Under the pieces are notes generated by a model. That model did not search any database, was not told where the DNA came from, and saw only the letters and a list, made by a program, of their open reading frames with translations. From Candidatus Bathyarchaeia archaeon (GTDB lineage: Archaea > Thermoproteota > Bathyarchaeia > Bathyarchaeales > Bathycorpusculaceae): a stretch of 64,000 bases of DNA. A program made the position numbers and the translations under genes. Below, piece by piece: positions 1-8,793 of the stretch (position 1 is the first letter of the stretch; every line of letters starts with the position of its first letter). The DNA is taken from positions 1 to 64,000 of the forward strand of contig JBEKKX010000003.1 in assembly GCA_050010515.1 (NCBI GenBank). Reading direction: 5' to 3'.

Positions 1-849
1 TTCCATTCCCCCCTAAGAATAAAATAATCATTGAAGAAAGATAGGCGAGGGCTTTAGCCGAGCCGTCCACTTAACACCATAATTCATGAATAGTTGCATA
101 GTTAACATACACATCATGTGCGTGTGCAACACAAGCAAAAGATGAGTAACGACCCAATTCAGTTAAACCATTAATTACCAACCAACTACTAACTAACGAA
201 CTAATAACTAACGAATAATAAATCAATAATAATAATAAAATAAGGGGGTACACACACACGCATAATGTGTATGTAAAGTATGATTACCCATTATTTACGA
301 TTCACAAACGCTTAAATCAAGATATGGGCTTTATAACCGCATATGAGTGCGAGCAATGGAGCAAACAAGGAAACAGCCCAGATTCACTGCTATAAAGGCA
401 AACAACACCGAAAACAAAGGTTTCAGAAAAAATTTGAGCATGATATAAGAGACACATAAGCGCAAAAAACCTTGCGTTTGATTTTGGACACGGCGTTTTA
501 ATCAGATGATTAATTAACCAATTTCAAAGGCGTTTCGGCACGGTTAACCAAGCCAATTAATACGCCGTTATCCCCTGTTATTTAGGTCACATAGGCGCAA
601 AAACGCTTTTTTTTACCCCATTTTCGCGTGGGGGATTGACAGCAATGCTTTCAATAGGGGGAGTGTTCTATAGCTTATTGGGATTAGTTAATAGGCTTAC
701 GGGTACGGGAATGTTCATGATGAGGTTTAAAATAGTTAAGGGCAAAATAGTAAAATGTAGTGCTCTTAATAGCCCTCAATGCCCATGCAAAGGTCACTAC
801 AAGACAACTTGTTTTCTACCAAACGATAAGGTCGAATTCACTTAAAAGG

Positions 850-1053
850 ATGGTTGAGACTGTGCCGACAGAAAGGTTTGAACCGATGAGTGAAGAACAA
901 AAACGATTAATAGCTGAATTTATTGAAACTCTTAAACTTGAATTGTCAAAAGAAGGAAAAGGCTCTCTTGAATCGTTTAGAACGATTTTAACGGTGAAAG
1001 GCGAACATTACACGGTCAAGATTGAACATTTAGAACCAAGACCTAAACCCTAA
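850..1053 (+). CDS. Small hypothetical protein (67 aa)
   Basis: Part of ORF 760..1053. ATG at 850 gives MVETVPTERFEPMSEEQKRL. Followed by a T-tract. Confidence 0.55.
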   Translation: MVETVPTERFEPMSEEQKRLIAEFIETLKLELSKEGKGSLESFRTILTVKGEHYTVKIEHLEPRPKP

Positions 1054-1203
1054 CCATACCTCTCTTTTTTTAGCAGTTTGGCAAAGCCTTAATCAACTGA
1101 TTAACTATTGGTCTTTTTTAATCAACTGATTAAACCAACCAACCACATAGACAGAAGATAAGTAAGTGCGGTGGTTTATTGCTTATAATAACTAACTTAG
1201 CTT

Positions 1204-1638
1204 TTATAATTTAATGCCCTCTTTATCTGGATATGACCGTGGACTAAAAGGGTATAGGAAAAAATTATCGTTCAATGGGTCAGTCTCAATTTTAAGGTGT
1301 TTAGCCATTGCCTTAAACAAGTCAAGAAGTTTCTGATTCTCCACAGTCAAATCTCGCGGAGAGTCTGCTAAGCAATATTCATAATATGCCTTAAAAGCCG
1401 ATAACACTTCTTTTGATTCAGAAAAAACAATAGGGATTTGATTTATTGCTTGAACAAATTCTTCTTTATTTTTAGAAAAGCGGTTTGCCATTAATTGTTG
1501 AAAAACTGCAAATTTCAATTTTCTAATCTCGTTAAGTTTGAAAGACCTATTTGAAATCCAAACACCAAGTAAACCTGACAACAAAGCTGAAACCAAAATC
1601 GAAAGTATAGTCCATCCAAATTCTTCTGAAACTACCAT
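1204..1638 (-). CDS. DUF6680-like protein with N-terminal TM helix
   Basis: TM segment, then R..K..VFQQLMANR...FVQAINQIPIVF...LLDLFKAMAKHL pattern recalled for DUF6680. Confidence 0.6.
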   Translation of the reverse strand: MVVSEEFGWTILSILVSALLSGLLGVWISNRSFKLNEIRKLKFAVFQQLMANRFSKNKEEFVQAINQIPIVFSESKEVLSAFKAYYEYCLADSPRDLTVENQKLLDLFKAMAKHLKIETDPLNDNFFLYPFSPRSYPDKEGIKL

Positions 1639-1747
1639 GTGGTGCTTTATGTCTCTTTACCTTATTATATTTGCCACTGGCTACGGACTTCTCCATTAAA
1701 GTTTAAAAGCATGTAGTAATACTTACGATATTAAGGTAGGTGAAAAA

Positions 1748-1828
1748 ATGGCTAAAGGTAAAGGTGGAAAACCAAGCACAACTGGCAAACCTTCAGGAAA
1801 AGGACGAGATAACAACCCACCAAAATAA
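1748..1828 (+). CDS. 26-aa G/K/P-rich micropeptide MAKGKGGKPSTTGKPSGKGRDNNPPK
   Basis: Strong RBS (AGGTGA) about 5 nt before the ATG. TATA-like TTTAAAA at about 1702. Too short for the ORF track. Confidence 0.55.
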   Translation: MAKGKGGKPSTTGKPSGKGRDNNPPK

Positions 1829-1914
1829 GTGATTCTGGGTTAAAGTCTTTTTTCTATCAGGTTCAAAAGTCTTAAATCTGGACAGAAGAGAATAGAGGAA
1901 CTGAGGCGATAAGA

Positions 1915-2205
1915 GTGAGCAATATTGATGGTGAAGAGTTAAAGAATCTTGTTAGTTCAACTATAGACAATATTGAAGCGGGATTAAAGGGGAAAAATAA
2001 AGAGTACGTCCTTAGTGGAAATATTAAGTTTGAGGTTGCTGTGGTAACCGCCAAGCAAGGTGAAGGCGGTTTAAAACTATACGTTGTTGGTGTTTCTGGA
2101 AAGACAAGCAAGGAAAGTGTTTCAAAAATAACTTTTGAGGTCATAGACAAGGGAAAACAGAAGGGGAGTATGTTTGTTATATCACATAATCCTAATGTAC
2201 CTTAA
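1915..2205 (+). CDS. Trypco2-like (trypsin-co-occurring domain) small protein
   Basis: N-terminal helix, then IKFEVAVV...GGLKLYVVG...VSKITFEV beta-strand pattern. Confidence 0.5.
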   Translation: MSNIDGEELKNLVSSTIDNIEAGLKGKNKEYVLSGNIKFEVAVVTAKQGEGGLKLYVVGVSGKTSKESVSKITFEVIDKGKQKGSMFVISHNPNVP

Positions 2206-2397
2206 ATTAACTCCCGTACCTCTTTAGTTTTTTGGCTTTTTTGGCAGTTTGGCTTTTTTTAATCCATCGATTAATTATTTGGGCTTGATTTCTCTGTTTG
2301 ATTTAGTGGATTCAGGATTCATAAAGCGTAATACGCTTTTTAAAGTTAGGTTACTTGGAATAACGGTAACCAGCCGCCGCGCTATTAGGAAAAACAT

Positions 2398-3084
2398 ATG
2401 AACACAACCACAAAAATAATCGGATTAGTTTCAATCATTGCAATAATTTTATCGGTTGTTGCAATCGGAATAAATTTAAACACAACCAACCAAACAAACC
2501 AATTAAACGCTCAATTGAACCAACAAGCAACACAAAAAATAATTACAAATACATCTTTTGACGGTTTTGGAAACGATAAAACCATTGACTTTACTTTTAG
2601 CATATTTGTAGTTAATATTAATAGCATAACTGTTAACGGTAACGGTGTTTCATTTACAAATATGAACGGATTTGACGGGACATCAGGCGGAATAAACTAT
2701 AATTGGGTAAGCGGTCACATATACACTATAACGATTAACGAAACAGATAACAACGGAATCACACAAACTTTAACCGAAAAATTAACCGCTCCACCAACGG
2801 CAACACCACAACCAACACCACAAATATTAAGTGCTACATTTGGAGCAACGGGAACAGCTATAGGCGATTATTACATTACAATACAGCTTTCAAGCGGAAC
2901 ATATATTTCAAGTTATACAGTTAACGGTGTTATACATACATGCGAGTATTCTGACTCACAATCGCAATTTCATTTATGCCTTAATAGCCCGTGGATAAGC
3001 GGAGAATCTTACAGTATAACAGTAACCGTTAGCGTAGGAATTTATGCACAACAAACACCAACATACACGGCAACCGCTCCGTAA
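2398..3084 (+). CDS. Membrane-anchored T/N-rich surface protein with two beta-rich domains
   Basis: N-terminal hydrophobic anchor, short coiled coil, and a PPTATPQPTP linker between two similar beta-rich halves (W.SG..Y.IT motif twice). Confidence 0.7.
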   Translation: MNTTTKIIGLVSIIAIILSVVAIGINLNTTNQTNQLNAQLNQQATQKIITNTSFDGFGNDKTIDFTFSIFVVNINSITVNGNGVSFTNMNGFDGTSGGINYNWVSGHIYTITINETDNNGITQTLTEKLTAPPTATPQPTPQILSATFGATGTAIGDYYITIQLSSGTYISSYTVNGVIHTCEYSDSQSQFHLCLNSPWISGESYSITVTVSVGIYAQQTPTYTATAP

Positions 3085-3216
3085 TGAGAACAAACTTTTT
3101 TCCTTGTGTTGTTTTTAAGCAGTTGATTAATTATTAAAGAATGTTTAATGGGAGAGATTGATAAGGCTAAAAAGTTAGGGCTATTTTATGGATTTGACGA
3201 TTAAGCTAAGTCGTAA

Positions 3217-3672
3217 CTATTGGTTTACAGTTCTTTTAACAGTTATAGGAGACTTAATGAGTTCGAGGGTTCTCATTGCTTCCGCGCAATCTGAAACGAC
3301 TGTTGTCTCATCATAGTCAAATGAGTTCATACATTGCGTACAACAGACAGGTTGATGATAGTATATCAAAGCACATTCGGCACGTTCTCTATCTGGGCTT
3401 GCAATTTTTGCGAATGCAAAACATAACTGTTGACCATCGGGTACATTGTTACGCCATAAGCCCCATTTTTCATGTTTATCAATTCTGTCATCTACATCCT
3501 TTGTTTCGCCAATATAGATTAGCTTTGTTAGGTCTACTGTGTTAGTAGGTGCATTGTACTTACATGAGTAAACCAAGTATATTCCTGAATCTGCTGGGAT
3601 AGAATCCTTCTTTTCCTCTCTCCAATATCCCTCAAAAGTCAGGTTAATTGTTTTTGCTACCATCTTTTTCAC
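3217..3672 (-). CDS. GIY-YIG nuclease family protein
   Basis: SGIYLVY...LIYIGET..V..RI..H, and AE.ALI...QP. Confidence 0.85.
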   Translation of the reverse strand: MKKMVAKTINLTFEGYWREEKKDSIPADSGIYLVYSCKYNAPTNTVDLTKLIYIGETKDVDDRIDKHEKWGLWRNNVPDGQQLCFAFAKIASPDRERAECALIYYHQPVCCTQCMNSFDYDETTVVSDCAEAMRTLELIKSPITVKRTVNQ

Positions 3673-3795
3673 CTCTATTCTATAGTGCCTATTATCTTTA
3701 GGTTTACATTTAAAGTTTCAAAATAGCCTCTGCCTACTCAAGTTTTTAGCAGTTTAGCAAGTCTTAAATTTGCACAGCGAAGAAATAGCCTAAAC

Positions 3796-4098
3796 ATGAG
3801 AGAAAAAACCATTAAGTTCTTAGACAAACCCTTGAAACTTGGCGAAAAAAGTCATACACAAGAACCGAAACCGAAAGAAGATAAAACCGAGTCAAAAGAG
3901 GAAATAAAAGCGAGAGTAAGAGCCAAAAACTACGATACAGAAACTTTGATAGAAAAATATGTTTCAACGGGGATGATGTACAACAACCTTGTTGAAGAAT
4001 ATAACGACCTTGATAATGCCGTGGATAACATTAAGCAAAAATTGATGCAATTGCTCGAAAAGAACGAAAATTTGTTAAAAGCACAAACTAACCCATAA
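3796..4098 (+). CDS. Hypothetical coiled-coil protein
   Basis: 100-aa ORF, charged, C-terminal heptad pattern. TATA-like CTTAAAT upstream. Confidence 0.6.
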   Translation: MREKTIKFLDKPLKLGEKSHTQEPKPKEDKTESKEEIKARVRAKNYDTETLIEKYVSTGMMYNNLVEEYNDLDNAVDNIKQKLMQLLEKNENLLKAQTNP

Positions 4099-4248
4099 TC
4101 CTCTTTGCTTTTTTCCTGACTCCCTTTTGAACCTCTAACTTTCACTTAGTTTCTGTTTGGCTTTCGTTATGAGGTCGAATTCACTTAGTTAGCTTCTTTT
4201 TTTTGCACGTTTATCAAATAATTAATCTATTGATTAAAAAAAGTGAAT

Positions 4249-4962
4249 TTAGATAGCAAAAACATAAGTATTGTTATCAATAGATATTTCGACACGGTCG
4301 TCTGCAATTAATGGCCACCATGTAGTTTGTATATACCTTAGAAACTTATTGTTCGTTAAAGATGTTTTAAGCCAGTCCTCAGGTTCATCTATAATGACTC
4401 TTGTGCCGACTTGTGAGAGAGGAGAAAGCGAGGGTGAATATCTTGATAACCATTCCTTAGCTTCTGAGCCTTCAAACTCCCATAGATCACCAAGTCTTCT
4501 TACACCGATCCTATAAATGTTATCCTCCCTCAGGGTATCGTAAACAATAGTCCTGTTTTTTGACGCACCTACGAATACAAATTTTCCTTGTCCTCGTGCA
4601 CCTAAAGCTTCTTTCTTTTGCCTTCTGAATGCAAGCCCTTGGAAACGCCCCCATCTTTCTTCTTCAGGGAGATCATCGTCATATAGTTCTTCAGGCAATA
4701 TGTTACCAGTTAGACCTACAGTCCCATGATCCTCCATGAGAAACATTTCTCGACCATTAACGTCTTTTATGAGTGAAAATGCCATCTTCCAGTTATCGCC
4801 AACTTTTGCATCCCAGGCGTTCTGTATTGCGTCTTTCTGCACGGCATGTGAAAGGTCATCAACATTTTGGTAGTACTCATCAAGGATATTATCAATCAAC
4901 GGTTCCCATGACACAGGCGTCTTTTTAGGTTTATTGCACTCAAGGGCTGATTCAAAACTCAT
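4249..4962 (-). CDS. GHKL (HSP90-like) ATPase, probably C-terminally truncated
   Basis: N-box DAIQNAWDA, EDHGTVG, GARGQGK and GTRVII. Ends immediately after the ATPase domain. Confidence 0.7.
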   Translation of the reverse strand: MSFESALECNKPKKTPVSWEPLIDNILDEYYQNVDDLSHAVQKDAIQNAWDAKVGDNWKMAFSLIKDVNGREMFLMEDHGTVGLTGNILPEELYDDDLPEEERWGRFQGLAFRRQKKEALGARGQGKFVFVGASKNRTIVYDTLREDNIYRIGVRRLGDLWEFEGSEAKEWLSRYSPSLSPLSQVGTRVIIDEPEDWLKTSLTNNKFLRYIQTTWWPLIADDRVEISIDNNTYVFAI

Positions 4963-5462
4963 CCGAATACCTCACTGTTATGTGAATTTGAATGATTGGA
5001 CTTCAAAAACTCTAACGTGTTTTCTAAAAAGTAGTTGACTGATTCGTCAGAGGGCCTATTACGGTTTGATCTTAGAATTGATTCAACTTTCTTTCTCCGT
5101 TCTTCGTCTGACAAATTAGGGACTTGTAAAGCATCAACAAACGGTTTATAAATTGAGCATTTTTGTCCTTTTGTGTTTGTAATTCTACCGACCACTGCCC
5201 AACCTCTTGTCTTCATTCTGTTTCTCTTTTTCCTTTGTCTCCTTTGCTTCGAGTGGCTTGTGGTTAGATTCGTCGTTACCCTTTCAAAGGGCTCCGTAAC
5301 CGTTTCCTCCGCTTCAGCAAAATGTAGGACAAGGGACTGACCCTCAATTTTGGCATCTACCATTCTTGCGGGCAGTAGATGTTTGTCTCTAATCGATTGC
5401 TCGATTTCAGAGAGCGGAATTTTTACAACGGTCACTATTTCTTCAGGCATACAACCTACCAT
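4959..5462 (-). CDS. Hypothetical basic protein, translationally coupled to the GHKL ATPase
   Basis: 167-aa ORF with an ATGA overlap onto the next gene. R/K-rich central segment. Confidence 0.7.
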   Translation of the reverse strand: MVGCMPEEIVTVVKIPLSEIEQSIRDKHLLPARMVDAKIEGQSLVLHFAEAEETVTEPFERVTTNLTTSHSKQRRQRKKRNRMKTRGWAVVGRITNTKGQKCSIYKPFVDALQVPNLSDEERRKKVESILRSNRNRPSDESVNYFLENTLEFLKSNHSNSHNSEVFG

Positions 5463-5662
5463 ATGATTAGTTATAATAGATATAAGCGCTTATAAGCTTT
5501 GTTATAGTAGGCTATGCTAGCTTTAACTATTTATATATCCTCTATAAGCCAAGCGTTTACGTTTAGCTGCATAAATGATTTTTGCTCGATGAATGCGAAC
5601 TCATTGTTGTAAAACATTACAACTAAGCTGGAATAGAATATCGGGTAGATCGAGGAAAATAA

Positions 5663-6012
5663 ATGGATGACTCGTTTGATAGTATAGATAGATGGAATAC
5701 TTGACCAAAATTCGTTACTTTAAAGAAATATATTGAGTGGAATTTTTCAAAACATAATTGGCGCTTTAGCGAAGCTCAATTAAATGCTATTAGAGTGATC
5801 TGTCTCGGAGCGACCAAGGAATGGCTTGAACAGAAAAAAGAAGACAAGGCTAACATTAGCTAACTCTTAGATGAGCTTGCGAAATCATACGAAAAAGCGC
5901 TTGGTGAATTAAAGAAGTACGGGTATTAAGATATTGAGCCGTATCAATTAGATGAGGCCATGGATTTACTCAACTACTCAGTGAGAAGAAAGAGACCGTC
6001 AGTTATGTTATA
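5663..6012 (+). pseudogene. Decayed ORF of unknown family
   Basis: GAGG plus ATG at 5663, protein-like reading (MDDSFDSIDRWNT*PKFVTLKKYIEWNF...LLDELAKSYEKALGELKKYGY*) broken by several in-frame stops. Confidence 0.35.
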
Positions 6013-6085
6013 ATAGACCTGAACGAAGAATTAAGCACAGAATCCAAAAAGAAGACCGTAGAAAAGTAATTTCAGTAATTTGGAG

Positions 6086-7081
6086 CTAAAGAAACTTCAA
6101 CTCTTTACCAATTGCCTCTAACCGTTTTCTGTAGCTCAAATAAGCGCTAAGATATGCATCGTTTTTCGCTTTCAACTCCTTAGTATTGCCATTAGCATTT
6201 GCCAATACCTTCTCTTCTAAGTGTTTAAGGGAAAATCCTGAGATAGCATCTAAAGCAATGAGGGGCATTCCCAGTATAGTTTGGCATTCCTTAACTAAAG
6301 AATCATACGAGGAAGGCATTATAGCAGTTTCATAAATCTTTGTCAGGACACCGTACTTCTTGAGATTAGTATATATTCCCAGTTGACCCTGCGAACTACT
6401 AAAACGGGAATTGTTTGCAGTTGGATAGCTATTTTGACCTTATTTGCAAGGTCACTTGGATATTCAAGCCCCATTTTTTACTTCAACGCCAAAGCGAATG
6501 CCACCTTTCTCAGCAATAAAATCAATGTCTCCACCTTCAACCTTGTTACCTTCAAATTCCGAAACATCTTCCTTTAATATTTCGTAACCTAAAGACTTGA
6601 AGCCTTCACGCCAGAGATACTGCGCGTGGAAACCTGCGGAACCAGCTAACTCACTTACAAATTCTGAGAGCTCCAGCTTTTTCTTCATTACTCCTAAAAT
6701 ATCACCATATTCGGTGGACTTGACCTTATAAAACACATTAGGCGTTCCTTGACTAATGGACCTGCGACCCGGCAACGCTGTTCTATAAAGCTGAAAGCCA
6801 TTATTGTATGCCTTGCCTTGCTCTAAACGTTTTATGGCATAATCTGTGACAGTATGATAATACTCTCTTTCTAGTCTGTATCTAAACTCATTTCTAAAAA
6901 CTACTTGCTCCTTGTCCAATATCTTCATAATGCTCTTTTCTGCATTAACATCGTAAATAGAAACTGTCCAATCACATGACTTACACTTGTACTCATTTCC
7001 CACAAGAACCATTTCATTCTTGCATTTCGGGCATACCACTTCGGGCAGTACAAATCCCTCAAACGCTAATTGTTTTATCAA
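6086..7081 (-). pseudogene. Zn-ribbon plus PD-(D/E)XK nuclease, frameshifted
   Basis: CPKC/CKSC, then DIDFIAEK...GVEVKN. After about 6470 the reading continues in another frame (LEYPSDLANKVKIAIQLQTIPVLVVRR), and after a second shift near 6378 it joins ORF 6086..6319. Confidence 0.7.
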
Positions 7082-7449
7082 GCACTAAAAGCTTGTCTAA
7101 CTTTTGAACATATTCATAGCCAGAGCACAAATAATACATGTCAAAATGACAAGGGCAATTTTTGCGCTGTTAAACGCTGGCGAGCCTTACGTACACGAAT
7201 GAGGACACTGAAAGTTTAGTGTTTAGGGGTTGCGGGTGATTTTGAGGGGGCTTTCAATGTGGCGTTGTGCTGCATCGGCTGTTTCCATGTTTAGCTTGCG
7301 ATAAATCCTGATTTTTCCGCATGGTTCGCCAGCTTTTCAAGCAACTTCCCGAAAAACGCGCTCAGACACAAAACCCTCCGCCGAAACGGAAGAAAACGGC
7401 TAAAATTCAGGCTCAGCACACCGTTTTGGAGACCCGCTGCCAGCGCCCA

Positions 7450-7700
7450 AAGAAAAAGTCGCAACCAAAAACAAGATTCAAACCCCAAACCAAAAAAACA
7501 ACCCAAAGCAATCCCTTCCAAAAACTGCTGACCTATAGACCTACCCTACTATTTGTTGAAAAAATTTTGCCACAAAAAGCCACATCTGAAAGTCGCAACT
7601 TTCCACCACGCAAAAGTCGCAACTTAAAAATATCCGAAAAAACCAAACCCAAAAACAGCCAACGCCAAACAAAACCAAAACTTCACGGAGAATTTTTCTT
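7450..7700 (+). repeat. Non-coding A/C-skewed element with AAAGTCGCAACTT motifs (copy 1)
   Basis: Motifs at 7455-7465 (partial), 7589-7601 and 7613-7625. Inverted homolog at about 37610-37710. Confidence 0.6.
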
Positions 7701-7764
7701 AAAAAAGTAAGAAGAGTTTTATTGCACTATGTTCCAATATTAGGCATTAAAGGAACATTAAACT

Positions 7765-8277
7765 ATGTTATCGACTATTGATGATGCAACCTTAATAAAA
7801 GTAGCTATGGCGTTAGGTGACGAAGAAGCCGTTAGACTAATTGAATTCCTAAAAGGCATAGAAGAAATAACGGACGACGAAATAGCGAACAAAACAGGCA
7901 TCCGCCTAAACTCAGTCCGCAAAATCCTCTACAAACTTTACGATCATTCGCTTGTAAGCCTCAGAAGAACACGGGATCCAAAAACAGGCTGGTTTATTTT
8001 TCACTGGAAACTTCAACCAGACCAGTTGGAAGGGTTCATTTTAAGCCAAAAACGCAGAGTTCTTGAGAAGCTGAATGTTAGGTTGGAATATGAAAAGAAC
8101 CATGACTTCTACTATTGCGGCAGCCAAGAATGCAAACGAGTGCCTTTTGAAGAGGCTGTTGAACTAGTTTTCCACTGTTCCATCTGTAGCAAACCACTGG
8201 TGCATTTTGCAAACGAAAAAATGATAAGTAAATTATCCGAGAAAGTTGATTTGTTAAGGAAGGAACTCGGTGAGTAA
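7765..8277 (+). CDS. tfe: Transcription factor E (TFE, TFIIE-alpha homolog)
   Basis: wHTH (TDDEIANKTGIRLNSVRKILYKL), RD.KTGWFIFHW, Zn ribbon C..C/CSIC. Confidence 0.95.
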   Translation: MLSTIDDATLIKVAMALGDEEAVRLIEFLKGIEEITDDEIANKTGIRLNSVRKILYKLYDHSLVSLRRTRDPKTGWFIFHWKLQPDQLEGFILSQKRRVLEKLNVRLEYEKNHDFYYCGSQECKRVPFEEAVELVFHCSICSKPLVHFANEKMISKLSEKVDLLRKELGE

Positions 8278-8791
8278 AGAGCTTCCTTCAAGGGAGCAAG
8301 CAATCGAGCTTCTACGCAAACACAATTGTCCACCTAAAGTTATTAATCACTGTGAAGAGGTCGCAAAACTTGCTTTAGAAATCGCAAGTAAACTTGAAAA
8401 AAAAGGTATAAAAGTTGACTTAAAACTCGTTGAAGCCGGCGCTCTTTTACATGATATTGGCCGTTCAAAAAGCCACGCTGTTGACCATGGTGTTGTCGGT
8501 GCTGAGATAGCTGAATTAGAAGGTTTGCCAGAAGCTGCGGTTAGGATAATTAGGAGGCATGTGGGAGGCGGAATCACGGCTCAAGAAGCTGAGAAGTTTG
8601 GTTGGCCAAAAGATATTTATGAGCCACTCACTTTGGAGGAGAAAATTGTTTCATACGCCGACAAACTGATTGATCAGTCAAAAAGAGTCCCGATTGACTT
8701 GGAGATTAAGCGGCTTCGAGTCGAGCACAGGGATGCTGCAGAAAGAGTTAGAAAGCTCCATGAAGAAATAACCCGTCAACTGGGCGATTAA
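8270..8791 (+). CDS. HD-superfamily phosphohydrolase (TIGR00295-like)
   Basis: H...GALLHDIGR, HGVVG, HVGGG, EEKIVSYAD. Usual neighbour of tfe. Confidence 0.9.
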   Translation: MSKELPSREQAIELLRKHNCPPKVINHCEEVAKLALEIASKLEKKGIKVDLKLVEAGALLHDIGRSKSHAVDHGVVGAEIAELEGLPEAAVRIIRRHVGGGITAQEAEKFGWPKDIYEPLTLEEKIVSYADKLIDQSKRVPIDLEIKRLRVEHRDAAERVRKLHEEITRQLGD

Positions 8792-8793
8792 AA

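Larger units (their letters stand above)
498..4243. repeat. Dispersed intergenic palindrome TTAATC-N4-GATTAA, 6 copies
   Basis: Copies at 498-513 (TTAATCAGATGATTAA), 1089-1104 and 1118-1133 (TTAATCAACTGATTAA), 2259-2274 (TTAATCCATCGATTAA), 3115-3130 (TTAAGCAGTTGATTAA, 1 mismatch) and 4222-4237 (TTAATCTATTGATTAA, flanks inverted). All are intergenic. Confidence 0.85.

Noticed and set aside
498-4243. CRISPR array or classical integron attC sites
   Set aside because: Spacing is irregular (29 bp to over 1 kb) with whole genes between copies. I found no consistent RYYYAAC...GTTRRRY boxes, genes lie on both strands, and no cas or intI gene is in the window.
5663-6012. Stop-codon readthrough (Sec/Pyl or recoding)
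   Set aside because: The interrupting stops are a mix of TGA and TAA, and all core genes use the standard code. Decay is the simpler explanation.
7291-7710. ORFs 7321..7710 (+) and 7291..7521 (-)
   Set aside because: Low-complexity K/P/Q translation of an A/C-skewed non-coding element whose homolog at 37.6 kb does not keep a frame.
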